Assembly: GCA_016658885.1 (NCBI GenBank) | Contig: GCA_016658885.1_4807.1 | Strand: one strand, 5' to 3' | Origin: a phage | Length of the DNA stretch: 64,000 nucleotides | Shown: in pieces, positions 1 through 7,816 of the stretch | Numbering within the stretch: position 1 is the stretch's first letter | How the letters are laid out: each line of letters starts with the position of its first letter | Notes under the pieces: model-generated | Seen by the model: only the letters and a program-made list of their open reading frames with translations | Told to the model about the DNA's origin: nothing | Database searches by the model: none | Program-made: the position numbers and the translations under genes

Positions 1-1
1 T

Positions 2-1930
2 TATCCCGTTTCATTGGCAGGCGTGCTTGAAGTTCAACAAACAGCTGTCACAGGGTCTGCAGGTTGCGTTCAAATTTATACCACATACTTCAACCTTGAG
101 ACTTACAAAAGGTCTTATTACAGCGGCAGCTGGTCGCCTTGGAGAAGGTTGTTTCATAATCGAGATGTAATCCCTGTAGCAAACGGTGGGACAGGGCAAA
201 CTACCATTCAGGGCATGAAGTCCGCTTTTGGATTTGGACCTGTTGCTGATCAAAGCATCGTCCCAACTTCCATGGGCGGCACAGGATCAGCAGACAATGC
301 TCAAGCTTGGCTAAATATTCGTCCACAAGGGTCAACTCCGCTGGCTGGCGACCCTGTGGACGATTACGATGCTGCAACTAAGCGTTGGGTCGAAAACTTA
401 GTTAACACAGGCACCGTTGGCCCAAGCATGAACGGTGTCATGAACTATGGCGTTGGTGATTTTCACTTACGCGACAGTCGTGCATATATTCAACCGTATG
501 AAGTCGTTGCTGATGGGCAGTTATTAAACCGCGCTGACTGGCCTGAACTTTGGTCATATGCGCAGATGCTGTCGCCTATTGCAGATGCTGACTGGCTGGC
601 GGACCCGCAAAAGCGCGGAAGATATTCCTTGGGGAATGGCACCACCACATTCCGAGTGCCAGACCGCAACGGCGTCCAGACAGGGTCAATAAAAGAGCTT
701 TTCTGCAGAGGTGATGGCGGCAACCCGACAAACGATGGAATGGTGTATAATGCTGCTGCGCCTAACATACTTGCCTATACGCCTCACACAGTGCTCACCG
801 CTGCCAGTACAAAAGGCCAAGTGGCCACTGATGGGTCTTTCACATCAACGACATCCACTAGTGGTGTTTGGCCTACGTCCGGTGGCGAAGGTCTGTATGC
901 GAATATCCGTTTCGACGCTTCCCAATCATCTCCATTGTATGGTCGATACGGAATCGTGGACAACCTGATACCAAAGAACTTTATTGGCGTTTGGGTGATT
1001 CGTGCATCTGGTGGATTTGTTGCCGCGAATACGTCTTGGAGTGTCATTAATGCTGACTCCGTTCGCCCAGCTTCTGGAGTCAAGGCATCATCAGGACAGG
1101 TAAAGGCCCAATACAAAATTGGTACTGTTCTTGAAGCAGATGCTGGATTGCGATGTGATGCATACATGGATGGGCTTTATTATGCAATCCTGTCTGTATA
1201 CAATAAAACAAAAGGGGTGACGAAAGACCTTGCTTTTGATGATGCAGGCACCCTGAGTAGCGACCGATACGCAGCAAGATACGGAAGTCTCATGTCTTGG
1301 AATGAGACTGGAACAAGAATCGGTACTTATGCAACGGTGAGGCAGTCAATAGGTCAAAACTATGCATTCAACAGCCTTTTCAGCGGCGGTCAACAAGTAG
1401 ATACAGGGTATGCAACTACTCTTCATCACGGCTTGATTCATAATAATAACGGTAGTTTTGCGCAGGGGACTTGGCTTGTTGTTGGTGATGACAACGCTCA
1501 GTACAAGACAAGGATGAATATACAGCCTAACTCTCATGATGTATTTTTCTCTGTGTCAATTCTTGGATCAGATAGCTTTTACACTCTTCAGAAGAATGCC
1601 ATCTCTGATGAGAATTTAAAGCATGACATACAGCCAGGAACGGTAGAAAAAGCATGGAGCAACCTTTCATCGCTGGAGTATGTAACGTTCATCTACAACA
1701 ATGATGAAAAGGAGAGGGTGAGAAGGGGCATCATCGCTCAAAAGGCAGAGATAATCGACCCGTTGTATGTAAAAACGGTGAAGTTTTATCCAAGTGAAGG
1801 TGTAGAGGTTGAGCAAAAGCAACTCGACACAACGCCTATGCTTTTGGATACGATGCACGTGGTGCAGGAGTTGATGAAGAAGGTCGAGTCACTAGAGGCA
1901 GAGATAGCCGCGCTAAAAGCAGCAAAATAA
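2..1930 (+). CDS. tail fibre / tailspike protein with C-terminal intramolecular chaperone (peptidase S74-like) domain; 5' end runs off the window
   Basis: Reading frame open to window edge (no in-frame stop upstream of the TTG at 14); GGTGQT / MGGTGS motifs; C-terminus SDENLKHDIQP...RRGIIAQKAEIIDPLYV...LEAEIAALKAAK resembles autoproteolytic chaperone domains of phage fibres. Confidence 0.75.
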   Translation, partial: YPVSLAGVLEVQQTAVTGSAGCVQIYTTYFNLETYKRSYYSGSWSPWRRLFHNRDVIPVANGGTGQTTIQGMKSAFGFGPVADQSIVPTSMGGTGSADNAQAWLNIRPQGSTPLAGDPVDDYDAATKRWVENLVNTGTVGPSMNGVMNYGVGDFHLRDSRAYIQPYEVVADGQLLNRADWPELWSYAQMLSPIADADWLADPQKRGRYSLGNGTTTFRVPDRNGVQTGSIKELFCRGDGGNPTNDGMVYNAAAPNILAYTPHTVLTAASTKGQVATDGSFTSTTSTSGVWPTSGGEGLYANIRFDASQSSPLYGRYGIVDNLIPKNFIGVWVIRASGGFVAANTSWSVINADSVRPASGVKASSGQVKAQYKIGTVLEADAGLRCDAYMDGLYYAILSVYNKTKGVTKDLAFDDAGTLSSDRYAARYGSLMSWNETGTRIGTYATVRQSIGQNYAFNSLFSGGQQVDTGYATTLHHGLIHNNNGSFAQGTWLVVGDDNAQYKTRMNIQPNSHDVFFSVSILGSDSFYTLQKNAISDENLKHDIQPGTVEKAWSNLSSLEYVTFIYNNDEKERVRRGIIAQKAEIIDPLYVKTVKFYPSEGVEVEQKQLDTTPMLLDTMHVVQELMKKVESLEAEIAALKAAK

Positions 1931-1939
1931 TTCACTCAA

Positions 1940-1965
1940 GGCGCTGAAAAGCGCCTTTACTTTAT
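1940..1965 (+). terminator. rho-independent terminator after tail fibre gene
   Basis: Hairpin GGCGCTGAAAAGCGCC followed by TTTACTTTAT. Confidence 0.6.
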
Positions 1966-1999
1966 GCGCTATTAAGTTATACTCATTATACGTTAACAA

Positions 2000-2221
2000 G
2001 TGAGGTGTATTATGGAAATTAAATTATTGTCCGATTTCGTAAAAAGTATTGAAGCCAAAGGCATGACGATCAAGGCAAAGAAAGGTGGCATTGTCTGCAT
2101 CGATAAACAACAAAGTGATCAGAGCATATCTCTTGATGATATCAAAACTATGCAAAAGCTCAATAAGAAAGGCGCGTTGCACGAGTTCTTAACTGATATT
2201 GGGGCGGTGGACAATGGATAA
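2000..2221 (+). CDS. hypothetical protein (73 aa)
   Basis: ORF track; ATG start; no motif recognised. Confidence 0.4.
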   Translation: MRCIMEIKLLSDFVKSIEAKGMTIKAKKGGIVCIDKQQSDQSISLDDIKTMQKLNKKGALHEFLTDIGAVDNG

Positions 2222-2312
2222 AGAATCACGACGCTTTGCATTTTGGGGAACGGTATGTATTGGCGCGCTATTTGGAATTGCTTATGCAATTGTTTACGCT
2301 GCAGCGGCATGA
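2214..2312 (+). CDS. possible small membrane protein (32 aa, MDKESRRFAFWGTVCIGALFGIAYAIVYAAAA)
   Basis: Hand-translated ORF below the 60-aa cutoff; GGTGGA 6 nt upstream of ATG; one hydrophobic helix; fills the gap between neighbouring genes. Confidence 0.25.
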   Translation: MDKESRRFAFWGTVCIGALFGIAYAIVYAAAA

Positions 2313-2315
2313 ATC

Positions 2316-2711
2316 ATGATCATCGATATTGAAAAGGCGCTTAAGCGCGAACTGACGCCAGGTGCGACTCCTGGCGAAGAAGCCTATTATCGACCCAAGT
2401 CGCAGCGCAGCAATGATATTCCGGTCGTTAAGCGGACAGTGAACAAGAACGGTCAGCGGTCGCGACCGCGCTCAATCCGGTCCGGTGAAAGGCTGAAAAC
2501 GATTCGCCAGTGTCTACAACGACTCGAAATCATGGGTTGTCGCGCTTATATCGACCCTGATGGAAAGGTCATGGTGAGAATTGGCAATAGTACACAACTA
2601 CAATACGGATTGCCCTGCGGCGAATCCAGACCAATGGCAAAGACCGACCGTGTGGCTACTGGCCGCGAGATTGAGGAAAGTTGGTTGGGTGCTTTCTTAT
2701 TAAAATATTGA
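2316..2711 (+). CDS. hypothetical protein (131 aa)
   Basis: ORF track; no motif recognised. Confidence 0.45.
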   Translation: MIIDIEKALKRELTPGATPGEEAYYRPKSQRSNDIPVVKRTVNKNGQRSRPRSIRSGERLKTIRQCLQRLEIMGCRAYIDPDGKVMVRIGNSTQLQYGLPCGESRPMAKTDRVATGREIEESWLGAFLLKY

Positions 2712-2718
2712 GGTTAAC

Positions 2719-2967
2719 ATGAATAAAAATGAATCAGTAGCATTCTTGCAATGGCTGGAAGGCGTGGTGGAGTATCGCGCGACAAGCGACCGTTTCATCT
2801 TTCAAGGCAAAAGCTTCAAGCGCAAAGGACAAGCCCAGAAAGCAGCGCGTAAGTACTGGAAGGAAGTTTATTCAGAGTTCTTTCAGCAGATGGGCATCAT
2901 TGGCTCGACCGTATCCGGCGACACAGCACAGGTGGTATCGATTGATGAATCCAATCGTTACAATTAA
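2719..2967 (+). CDS. hypothetical protein (82 aa)
   Basis: ORF track; starts 8 nt after previous stop. Confidence 0.45.
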   Translation: MNKNESVAFLQWLEGVVEYRATSDRFIFQGKSFKRKGQAQKAARKYWKEVYSEFFQQMGIIGSTVSGDTAQVVSIDESNRYN

Positions 2968-2982
2968 CAAACCGATTTGAAT

Positions 2983-3004
2983 GCCGCGCCATGCGGCTTT
3001 ATTA
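2983..3004 (+). terminator. rho-independent terminator
   Basis: GCCGC-gccat-GCGGC hairpin followed by TTTATTAT. Confidence 0.5.
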
Positions 3005-3035
3005 TAATTCAAGTTAATCACCCTTATGAAAGGTA

Positions 3036-3431
3036 ATGAAAGGTAATGATATGTCAAATAAGAATGATTCTATTCACAACACATATACTAAAGGCAGCGG
3101 AATGGCCTTTGGTGGCAGAATCAAAATTGACGTTCCAGCCTGCGATTCTGATGGGTTGGAAGTCGGCAACCGAGACTTAACATGGGTTTTACGTCGCCAA
3201 TCTGATTTAGAAGAGAAGCTGGAAAATATTGAGCGTTCTCTCGAAAGTTTGCGCGACCAGCTTTTTGGTTGTCCTGAAGATGATTCAAAACCTGGACCAT
3301 ATGCATCCAATCATGGTTTGATTGATAATATGCTTGCTATTACCGCTCGATCAATTGGTAAAACTGTGTCCATTGAATCATTGATCAGCCAGATTGCGGA
3401 TGGCTTTGGTGATGCCCATAAGAGCGAATAG
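3036..3431 (+). CDS. hypothetical protein (about 126-131 aa; start may be ATG at 3051)
   Basis: ORF track; no motif recognised. Confidence 0.45.
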   Translation: MKGNDMSNKNDSIHNTYTKGSGMAFGGRIKIDVPACDSDGLEVGNRDLTWVLRRQSDLEEKLENIERSLESLRDQLFGCPEDDSKPGPYASNHGLIDNMLAITARSIGKTVSIESLISQIADGFGDAHKSE

Positions 3432-3509
3432 TGGGTGGATGTCGCTTTAACCGTGAATCGTGGGTCGTGGGTCGCTTAGGGCGGCCCTTTCTTTTGCCTG
3501 CCGCGCAGG

Positions 3510-3775
3510 AGTGTACTGCAAATTTCCTGTGGGTACAAAATAGTACGGTACTGTCTAGGACTTTTTCTTTGAAAAGTTAGTGGGCAAATGTGTCGTATTT
3601 TGATTAGTGTACTGCAAATTTCATCAAGTACCAAAACGCACCAAAAGACCCATGCCATAAAAACCACACGAACGCAATAATCAATCGCCGTTACAGTTTC
3701 CAGCGTTACAATTCGAAAGCGAATGATTCGAAGCATAATAATATGAAGCATAATGATTCGAAAGCGAATGATTGC
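3510..3775. repeat. cluster of short direct repeats in a non-coding stretch
   Basis: AGTGTACTGCAAATTTC at 3510 and 3606; ATTCGAAAGCGAATGATT twice near 3711 and 3754; GAAGCATAAT twice near 3730 and 3746. Confidence 0.55.
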
Positions 3776-4090
3776 GTGTAGGATAATATCGGTGGGGATT
3801 ATTCTAGATGCGTGTAATTTCGCATGCGTACTATTTTCGGGCGAAGGGTCGGCATATTTATCGTTTTAGTTCGGAACGAAGGGAAAGTTTTGCGCCTTTA
3901 TAAAACAACGACTTACGCGACCCTCCCTAACGGTCCGATATAGGTGTCTATATAAAACAAGGACTTACGCGATGTTTTCCATTTAACGTAATACCCGTTA
4001 TGCGAACTAAGGCGCATCTCGACGAAGATTATGCGACGACGAAGGGAAGGATAAAGGAGTTTTCGCGGAGAAGCGCATCGAGATAGGGAC

Positions 4091-4116
4091 GAAGAAAAGC
4101 CGCGACTAAGCGCGGC
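4091..4116 (-). terminator. rho-independent terminator downstream of 4137..4427
   Basis: On minus strand GCCGCGCTTAGTCGCGGC hairpin followed by TTTTCTTC. Confidence 0.55.
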
Positions 4117-4136
4117 CTATTAGTAACGGAAGGGTA

Positions 4137-4427
4137 TTATAAGGAGACGATTTTAAAGAAAGAGTAACGGCCTTCGCCTTCGGATAGCGCGAGATATTCG
4201 CCGCCGAACTCCGTAGCAAAATAAACCTTACCTTCGATAGTAACGCGGAAGGTAGTAATATCTTCCTCTTCGAGTTCCGTAAATTCGCTAAAATCGATAG
4301 GACTATGAAGCTCTTCGATAGTTGCATCTACGTTAAAGAGATAAACGTTTTTAAGTTTTTCGCCAAATACGTTAGAGTTTTCGGAAGTTTCGACGCGAGC
4401 GGAACGGATAGCGGCTAAAGTAATCAT
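4137..4427 (-). CDS. small acidic protein (96 aa), island paralogue candidate
   Basis: ORF track; start context CTAGGAGAATATTATG shared with three neighbouring island genes; Asp/Glu-rich. Confidence 0.5.
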   Translation of the reverse strand: MITLAAIRSARVETSENSNVFGEKLKNVYLFNVDATIEELHSPIDFSEFTELEEEDITTFRVTIEGKVYFATEFGGEYLALSEGEGRYSFFKIVSL

Positions 4428-4451
4428 AATATTCTCCTAGTTAGTCGGGAG

Positions 4452-4472
4452 GGTAGCGACCTATTCGCTACC
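4452..4472 (-). promoter_or_regulatory. 5' leader RNA hairpin GGUAGCGA-AUAGG-UCGCUACC
   Basis: Perfect 8-bp stem and 5-nt loop, 24 nt upstream of the ATG at 4427; covarying copy at 5017..5037. Confidence 0.5.
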
Positions 4473-4494
4473 TCATCCCCTCTCGATATAAAAC

Positions 4495-4525
4495 ATTATA
4501 GTCTTAGTGTACGAAGAAGTAAAGC
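4495..4525 (-). promoter_or_regulatory. sigma70-like promoter for 4137..4427
   Basis: Minus-strand CTTTACTTCTTCGTACAC...TATAAT; same element repeated at 4894..4923 and 4965..4993. Confidence 0.45.
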
Positions 4526-4534
4526 ACTTTTTCG

Positions 4535-4837
4535 TTATTCTGCGATAAAATATTTATAAGCTTTATCGCCTTCTACGTCGATATACTCGACGATAATTAA
4601 CGCTTCGCCGCGAGGCGTAACCGTCTCGATAAGGGTAACGGCTTCGTCGTCGGTCTTCGCGAAGCGGATGGCGCTACATTCGGCGTACTTCATATCATCG
4701 AAGGAAAGGCCGATGAAGGCGACCGCGCGGACCTTAATGGCGCTAGATTCTAGTTCCGCGTTAACGGCGGCGATAAGAGAGCGAACGGTTAAGCGGTCTT
4801 CGTCGTAAGTAAGGATGGAAGAGATTAAAGTAGTCAT
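4535..4837 (-). CDS. small acidic protein (100 aa), island paralogue candidate
   Basis: ORF track trimmed to ATG at 4837 preceded by GGGAGCTTTATTATG; acidic composition. Confidence 0.5.
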   Translation of the reverse strand: MTTLISSILTYDEDRLTVRSLIAAVNAELESSAIKVRAVAFIGLSFDDMKYAECSAIRFAKTDDEAVTLIETVTPRGEALIIVEYIDVEGDKAYKYFIAE

Positions 4838-4893
4838 AATAAAGCTCCCGATGCTAGTAGAAGAAAGGGCCATCGCCCGTCTCGATATAAACA

Positions 4894-4923
4894 AGTATAC
4901 GCGAGTGTACGAAGAAGTAAAGA
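4894..4923 (-). promoter_or_regulatory. sigma70-like promoter for 4535..4837
   Basis: Minus-strand CTTTACTTCTTCGTACACTCGCGTATACT, followed by TGTTTATATCGAGACGGG as in the 4495 copy. Confidence 0.4.
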
Positions 4924-4964
4924 AAAAAGATAAAATAATTTATCGCATTTTTATCGAAAAAGTG

Positions 4965-4993
4965 CTTTACTTTTTTCTACACTATATTATAAT
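4965..4993 (+). promoter_or_regulatory. sigma70-like promoter for 5062..5376
   Basis: CTTTAC, 17-bp spacer, TATAAT; near-identical inverted copy of the 4504-4531 element. Confidence 0.45.
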
Positions 4994-5016
4994 GTACTCA
5001 TATCGGGACGGGATGA

Positions 5017-5037
5017 GTTAACGAATAGGTCGTTAAC
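5017..5037 (+). promoter_or_regulatory. 5' leader RNA hairpin GUUAACGA-AUAGG-UCGUUAAC
   Basis: Same loop and inner stem as the 4452..4472 hairpin with compensatory outer-stem changes; 24 nt upstream of the ATG at 5062. Confidence 0.5.
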
Positions 5038-5061
5038 GCCTCTCCCAACTAGGAGTTTATT

Positions 5062-5376
5062 ATGGCTATCGTTACCCGCTTTACCCTCGAAAACGCAACC
5101 GCCGAAGTCCAGGGCGTTACGCTTACTTACGGCGAAATTCTCGCGAAATTCTCCGGCGTTCGCTTAGGCGAAGAAATTAACGACGCGACGGTAATCGAGC
5201 AACTCGCTGCTTCTCGCTTAGAGCGCGACGAAAACGGATTCTTCGAAGTCGATGCGGAATTAAATTTATGCGGTAAAACGGCGTTTATTAACGAGTTCGA
5301 ACTCGCCGTTTTAGTTAATTACGATAGCAAAGCTTACGCCTTCGCCCTCGAATTAATCGAAGACGACGAAGAGTAA
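5062..5376 (+). CDS. small acidic protein (104 aa), island paralogue candidate
   Basis: ORF track; AGGAGTTTATTATG start context; ends IEDDEE. Confidence 0.55.
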   Translation: MAIVTRFTLENATAEVQGVTLTYGEILAKFSGVRLGEEINDATVIEQLAASRLERDENGFFEVDAELNLCGKTAFINEFELAVLVNYDSKAYAFALELIEDDEE

Positions 5377-5456
5377 GAGAGGATTTTTAGAGCGTCGTGC
5401 GCGGCGCTTTAATAAAATTCTTTCGCGCCTAGCGCCCTAACAAATAGGAGTTTATT

Positions 5457-6083
5457 ATGGTTAGCTTAAATCGCTTTTCTACTAGCGGCGACGTTATCGC
5501 AACTAAGACCGCCGACCTCGTTGCATTCTATAATGCAAATTCCGGCTCAAAACCGATTAAGAAGTTTGCGGACCGCCGGACCGCCGAGACTCGCGTAATC
5601 GCGTTAATCGAGTCCTTAAACGCGCTCGATGCGCCGTCCAACGAATCGCCCATCCCCGACGCTAAGCCGCGCGAGGAAGTGTCCAGCGATGTAAAAACGC
5701 ATAAGGCGCGTGCGGTCGTTAAAAAGGCTGAGCCTACCCAGGAAGAACTCGACGCGATGACCGACGAAGAATATGAAGCCTTCGTTAAGAGCGGTTTAAA
5801 CGATAGTGCAAATTGCGTAGTGCAAAATGGAACTCCTTCCCATCGCCGTTCGAATAGCGAAGGTATTGCAAAAAGCTGGGATAATAAGGAAGTGGCGCAA
5901 AAGCGTCTCACCCGTAACGGCGTTATGGTCGAGGGTGTAGGCGAGTTCAAATCGGTCCGCGTAGCGTTCGGCGCGCTGGGATTACCGGATAGCAAGCACA
6001 TTCGCTTCCGCATGAAGCTTAAGGAAGCTGGGCGCTTGAACTTCGAGTTCGGCAACAAGTCCTACACCTTCCAGATTATCTAA
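5457..6083 (+). CDS. hypothetical protein (208 aa)
   Basis: ORF track; identical AGGAGTTTATTATG context; carries two ATAGTGCAAAT-type motifs internally. Confidence 0.5.
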   Translation: MVSLNRFSTSGDVIATKTADLVAFYNANSGSKPIKKFADRRTAETRVIALIESLNALDAPSNESPIPDAKPREEVSSDVKTHKARAVVKKAEPTQEELDAMTDEEYEAFVKSGLNDSANCVVQNGTPSHRRSNSEGIAKSWDNKEVAQKRLTRNGVMVEGVGEFKSVRVAFGALGLPDSKHIRFRMKLKEAGRLNFEFGNKSYTFQII

Positions 6084-6089
6084 TCGAAT

Positions 6090-6113
6090 GGCGGCCCTTC
6101 GGGGTCGCTTTTC
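6090..6113 (+). terminator. rho-independent terminator
   Basis: GCGGCCC-ttcg-GGGTCGC hairpin followed by TTTTC. Confidence 0.55.
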
Positions 6114-6511
6114 ATAGTGCAAATTGGTGGCTTATGAATACTCTCATTCTCATCGCTACGTTGTCCATCGGAAGTGGTCGCACCTTATCCCTTTATGATC
6201 ATAGTGCAAATTGCGCTTACCCAACGCGCGTTGCGGCAATAGTTAATAGTGCAAATCGAATGCTATTCGAGACTTGTTGGCGGGTCGATAACGAGAAAGG
6301 TCGGGTAGTCTTAGGTTATAGTGCAAATCTGCTGGTGGAGTCGTTCGATTGGACGGTTGAAGGTCGTAAATTGTTACGGAAAGTGACTAAAAGATGACTT
6401 ATAATAATACACTTTCTAACGCGTTTATGGTTGTAACCTTCCCCATCGTATTACCGATGGCCCTAGAAGTGGAGAAAATGTGTTCTAGGGCCGTTTTATA
6501 GTGCAAATTGG

Positions 6512-6985
6512 CTAGTGGCGGGAGAATTGCTCACCTTCTTTGGCCGCCTCTCCAAAATCCTTGTAGAAATCGTCCATAGAACGGCCCATTTTACTATTGC
6601 CGTTTTCATCAATCATCGTGATGCCGTAGATGATATTCAGTTCACGAATAGCATTAAGCTTGGCTGATGCCGCGACTTCTGGATCACGCACAAGCTTGAC
6701 CAAATTGTGAATTGCACCTTTTACGCTCCATAAATCCTTGAGTGGCATTTCTTCCATACGCTTTTTGAAGCGCATTTTGTAGTACGGATTGCGTTGTGCG
6801 CAAAGGATTCGCTGGCCAGTGTAGTTATCCGTTGCAACTTCCATTCCAAATACTAGTGCAAAAGCTGCGCGCATGTCATGGCCCTGAATAACAAGGTCAA
6901 TGAACTCATCGAATAAAGCCTGATTGTGCTCTGCAAATCGCGGGTCTTCAAAGTCTTCAGGCATCGCTACATAATCTTGACTCAT
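6512..6985 (-). CDS. hypothetical protein (about 157 aa)
   Basis: ORF track trimmed to the MSQDY start; no motif recognised. Confidence 0.45.
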   Translation of the reverse strand: MSQDYVAMPEDFEDPRFAEHNQALFDEFIDLVIQGHDMRAAFALVFGMEVATDNYTGQRILCAQRNPYYKMRFKKRMEEMPLKDLWSVKGAIHNLVKLVRDPEVAASAKLNAIRELNIIYGITMIDENGNSKMGRSMDDFYKDFGEAAKEGEQFSRH

Positions 6986-7221
6986 AGTGCAAAATCCCAT
7001 AGTGCAAATTAATAGTGTGAATTATACAATGGATGGACATTATATTCAAGTGCAGATTGATGTTCATTATGGCTATAAACGTACACAAATCATAGTGCTG
7101 AATGGATAACGGACCGTGGTGCGTGGTGTACTGTTTGATACGAATAAAAGAAATCCATCCCTTTCGCCGCTTGCTATGCAAATCAAAGACTTAGCCGCTG
7201 CTGGCTGGTTGAAGCGTATCA

Positions 7222-7590
7222 TGACGTATCATCCGTATTGCCGCAAGTCTTTGTTTTTACTTATATATTACGGATGATACGTTAAATATATAAATTAACA
7301 TAAGTATGAGGATGTAGAAAAAAATTAATTTAAATTAATTCAAAATGGAGTTAATTAATTTTTCAAATTATATATATAACGATGCCCAGTTTTATCCGTA
7401 TCATCCGTAAGATTAATGTACAAGCCAGGCGCGGCAAGGGCTGTACACTGATACGGATAAAAAACCATGACGTATCATGACGTAAGGGTGTACCAATTTG
7501 GAAAGGATGAATCCAGGAACGGCGCGGCCTGTAGCCATGATACGCTTAATTTTTAACCGTATTTTAAGCGTATCAAATGTGTTCAAACAC
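7222..7590. repeat. iteron-like repeat region with AT-rich core (origin-like), copy 1
   Basis: Direct and inverted copies of ACGGATGATACG / CGTATCATCCGTA flanking an AT-rich block at 7310-7380; similar to 60190..60462. Confidence 0.6.
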
Positions 7591-7816
7591 CACGTTTCAC
7601 GACACTAAAATTTCAATCCATAGATATAATCTAACAAACATCACGGACCAATAGACACGACCTATGAAATATATTTCTAAATATTTCCGCACAATCAATA
7701 AATAAAACACAACCTCATAATCATTCCATCGCAAAACACGACCCAAACAACAAAAGGCCGCATAAAGCGACCAATTGCACACATTCCATTCTTCAAAACA
7801 CACAAATCAATGTTCT

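Larger units (their letters stand above)
5803..7022 (+). repeat. dispersed array of the 11-bp motif ATAGTGCAAAT, all in one orientation
   Basis: Copies at 5803, 5817 (variant), 6114, 6201, 6246, 6318, 6498, 6984 (variant), 6999 and a degenerate copy at 7012. Confidence 0.6.

Noticed and set aside
3476-3751. 91-aa minus-strand ORF
   Set aside because: Spans the short-direct-repeat cluster; hydrophobic low-complexity translation; no start context.
5528-6058. 176-aa minus-strand ORF
   Set aside because: Antisense to 5457..6083, which has the conserved AGGAGTTTATTATG start context shared with neighbouring genes.
6134-6397. 87-aa plus-strand ORF
   Set aside because: Contains four copies of the ATAGTGCAAAT motif and a terminator immediately upstream; more likely a non-coding repeat region read through in frame.
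5803-7022. Possible CRISPR array
   Set aside because: Repeat unit is only 11 bp, spacing is irregular (13 to 480 bp), copies occur inside a coding sequence, and no cas genes are present.
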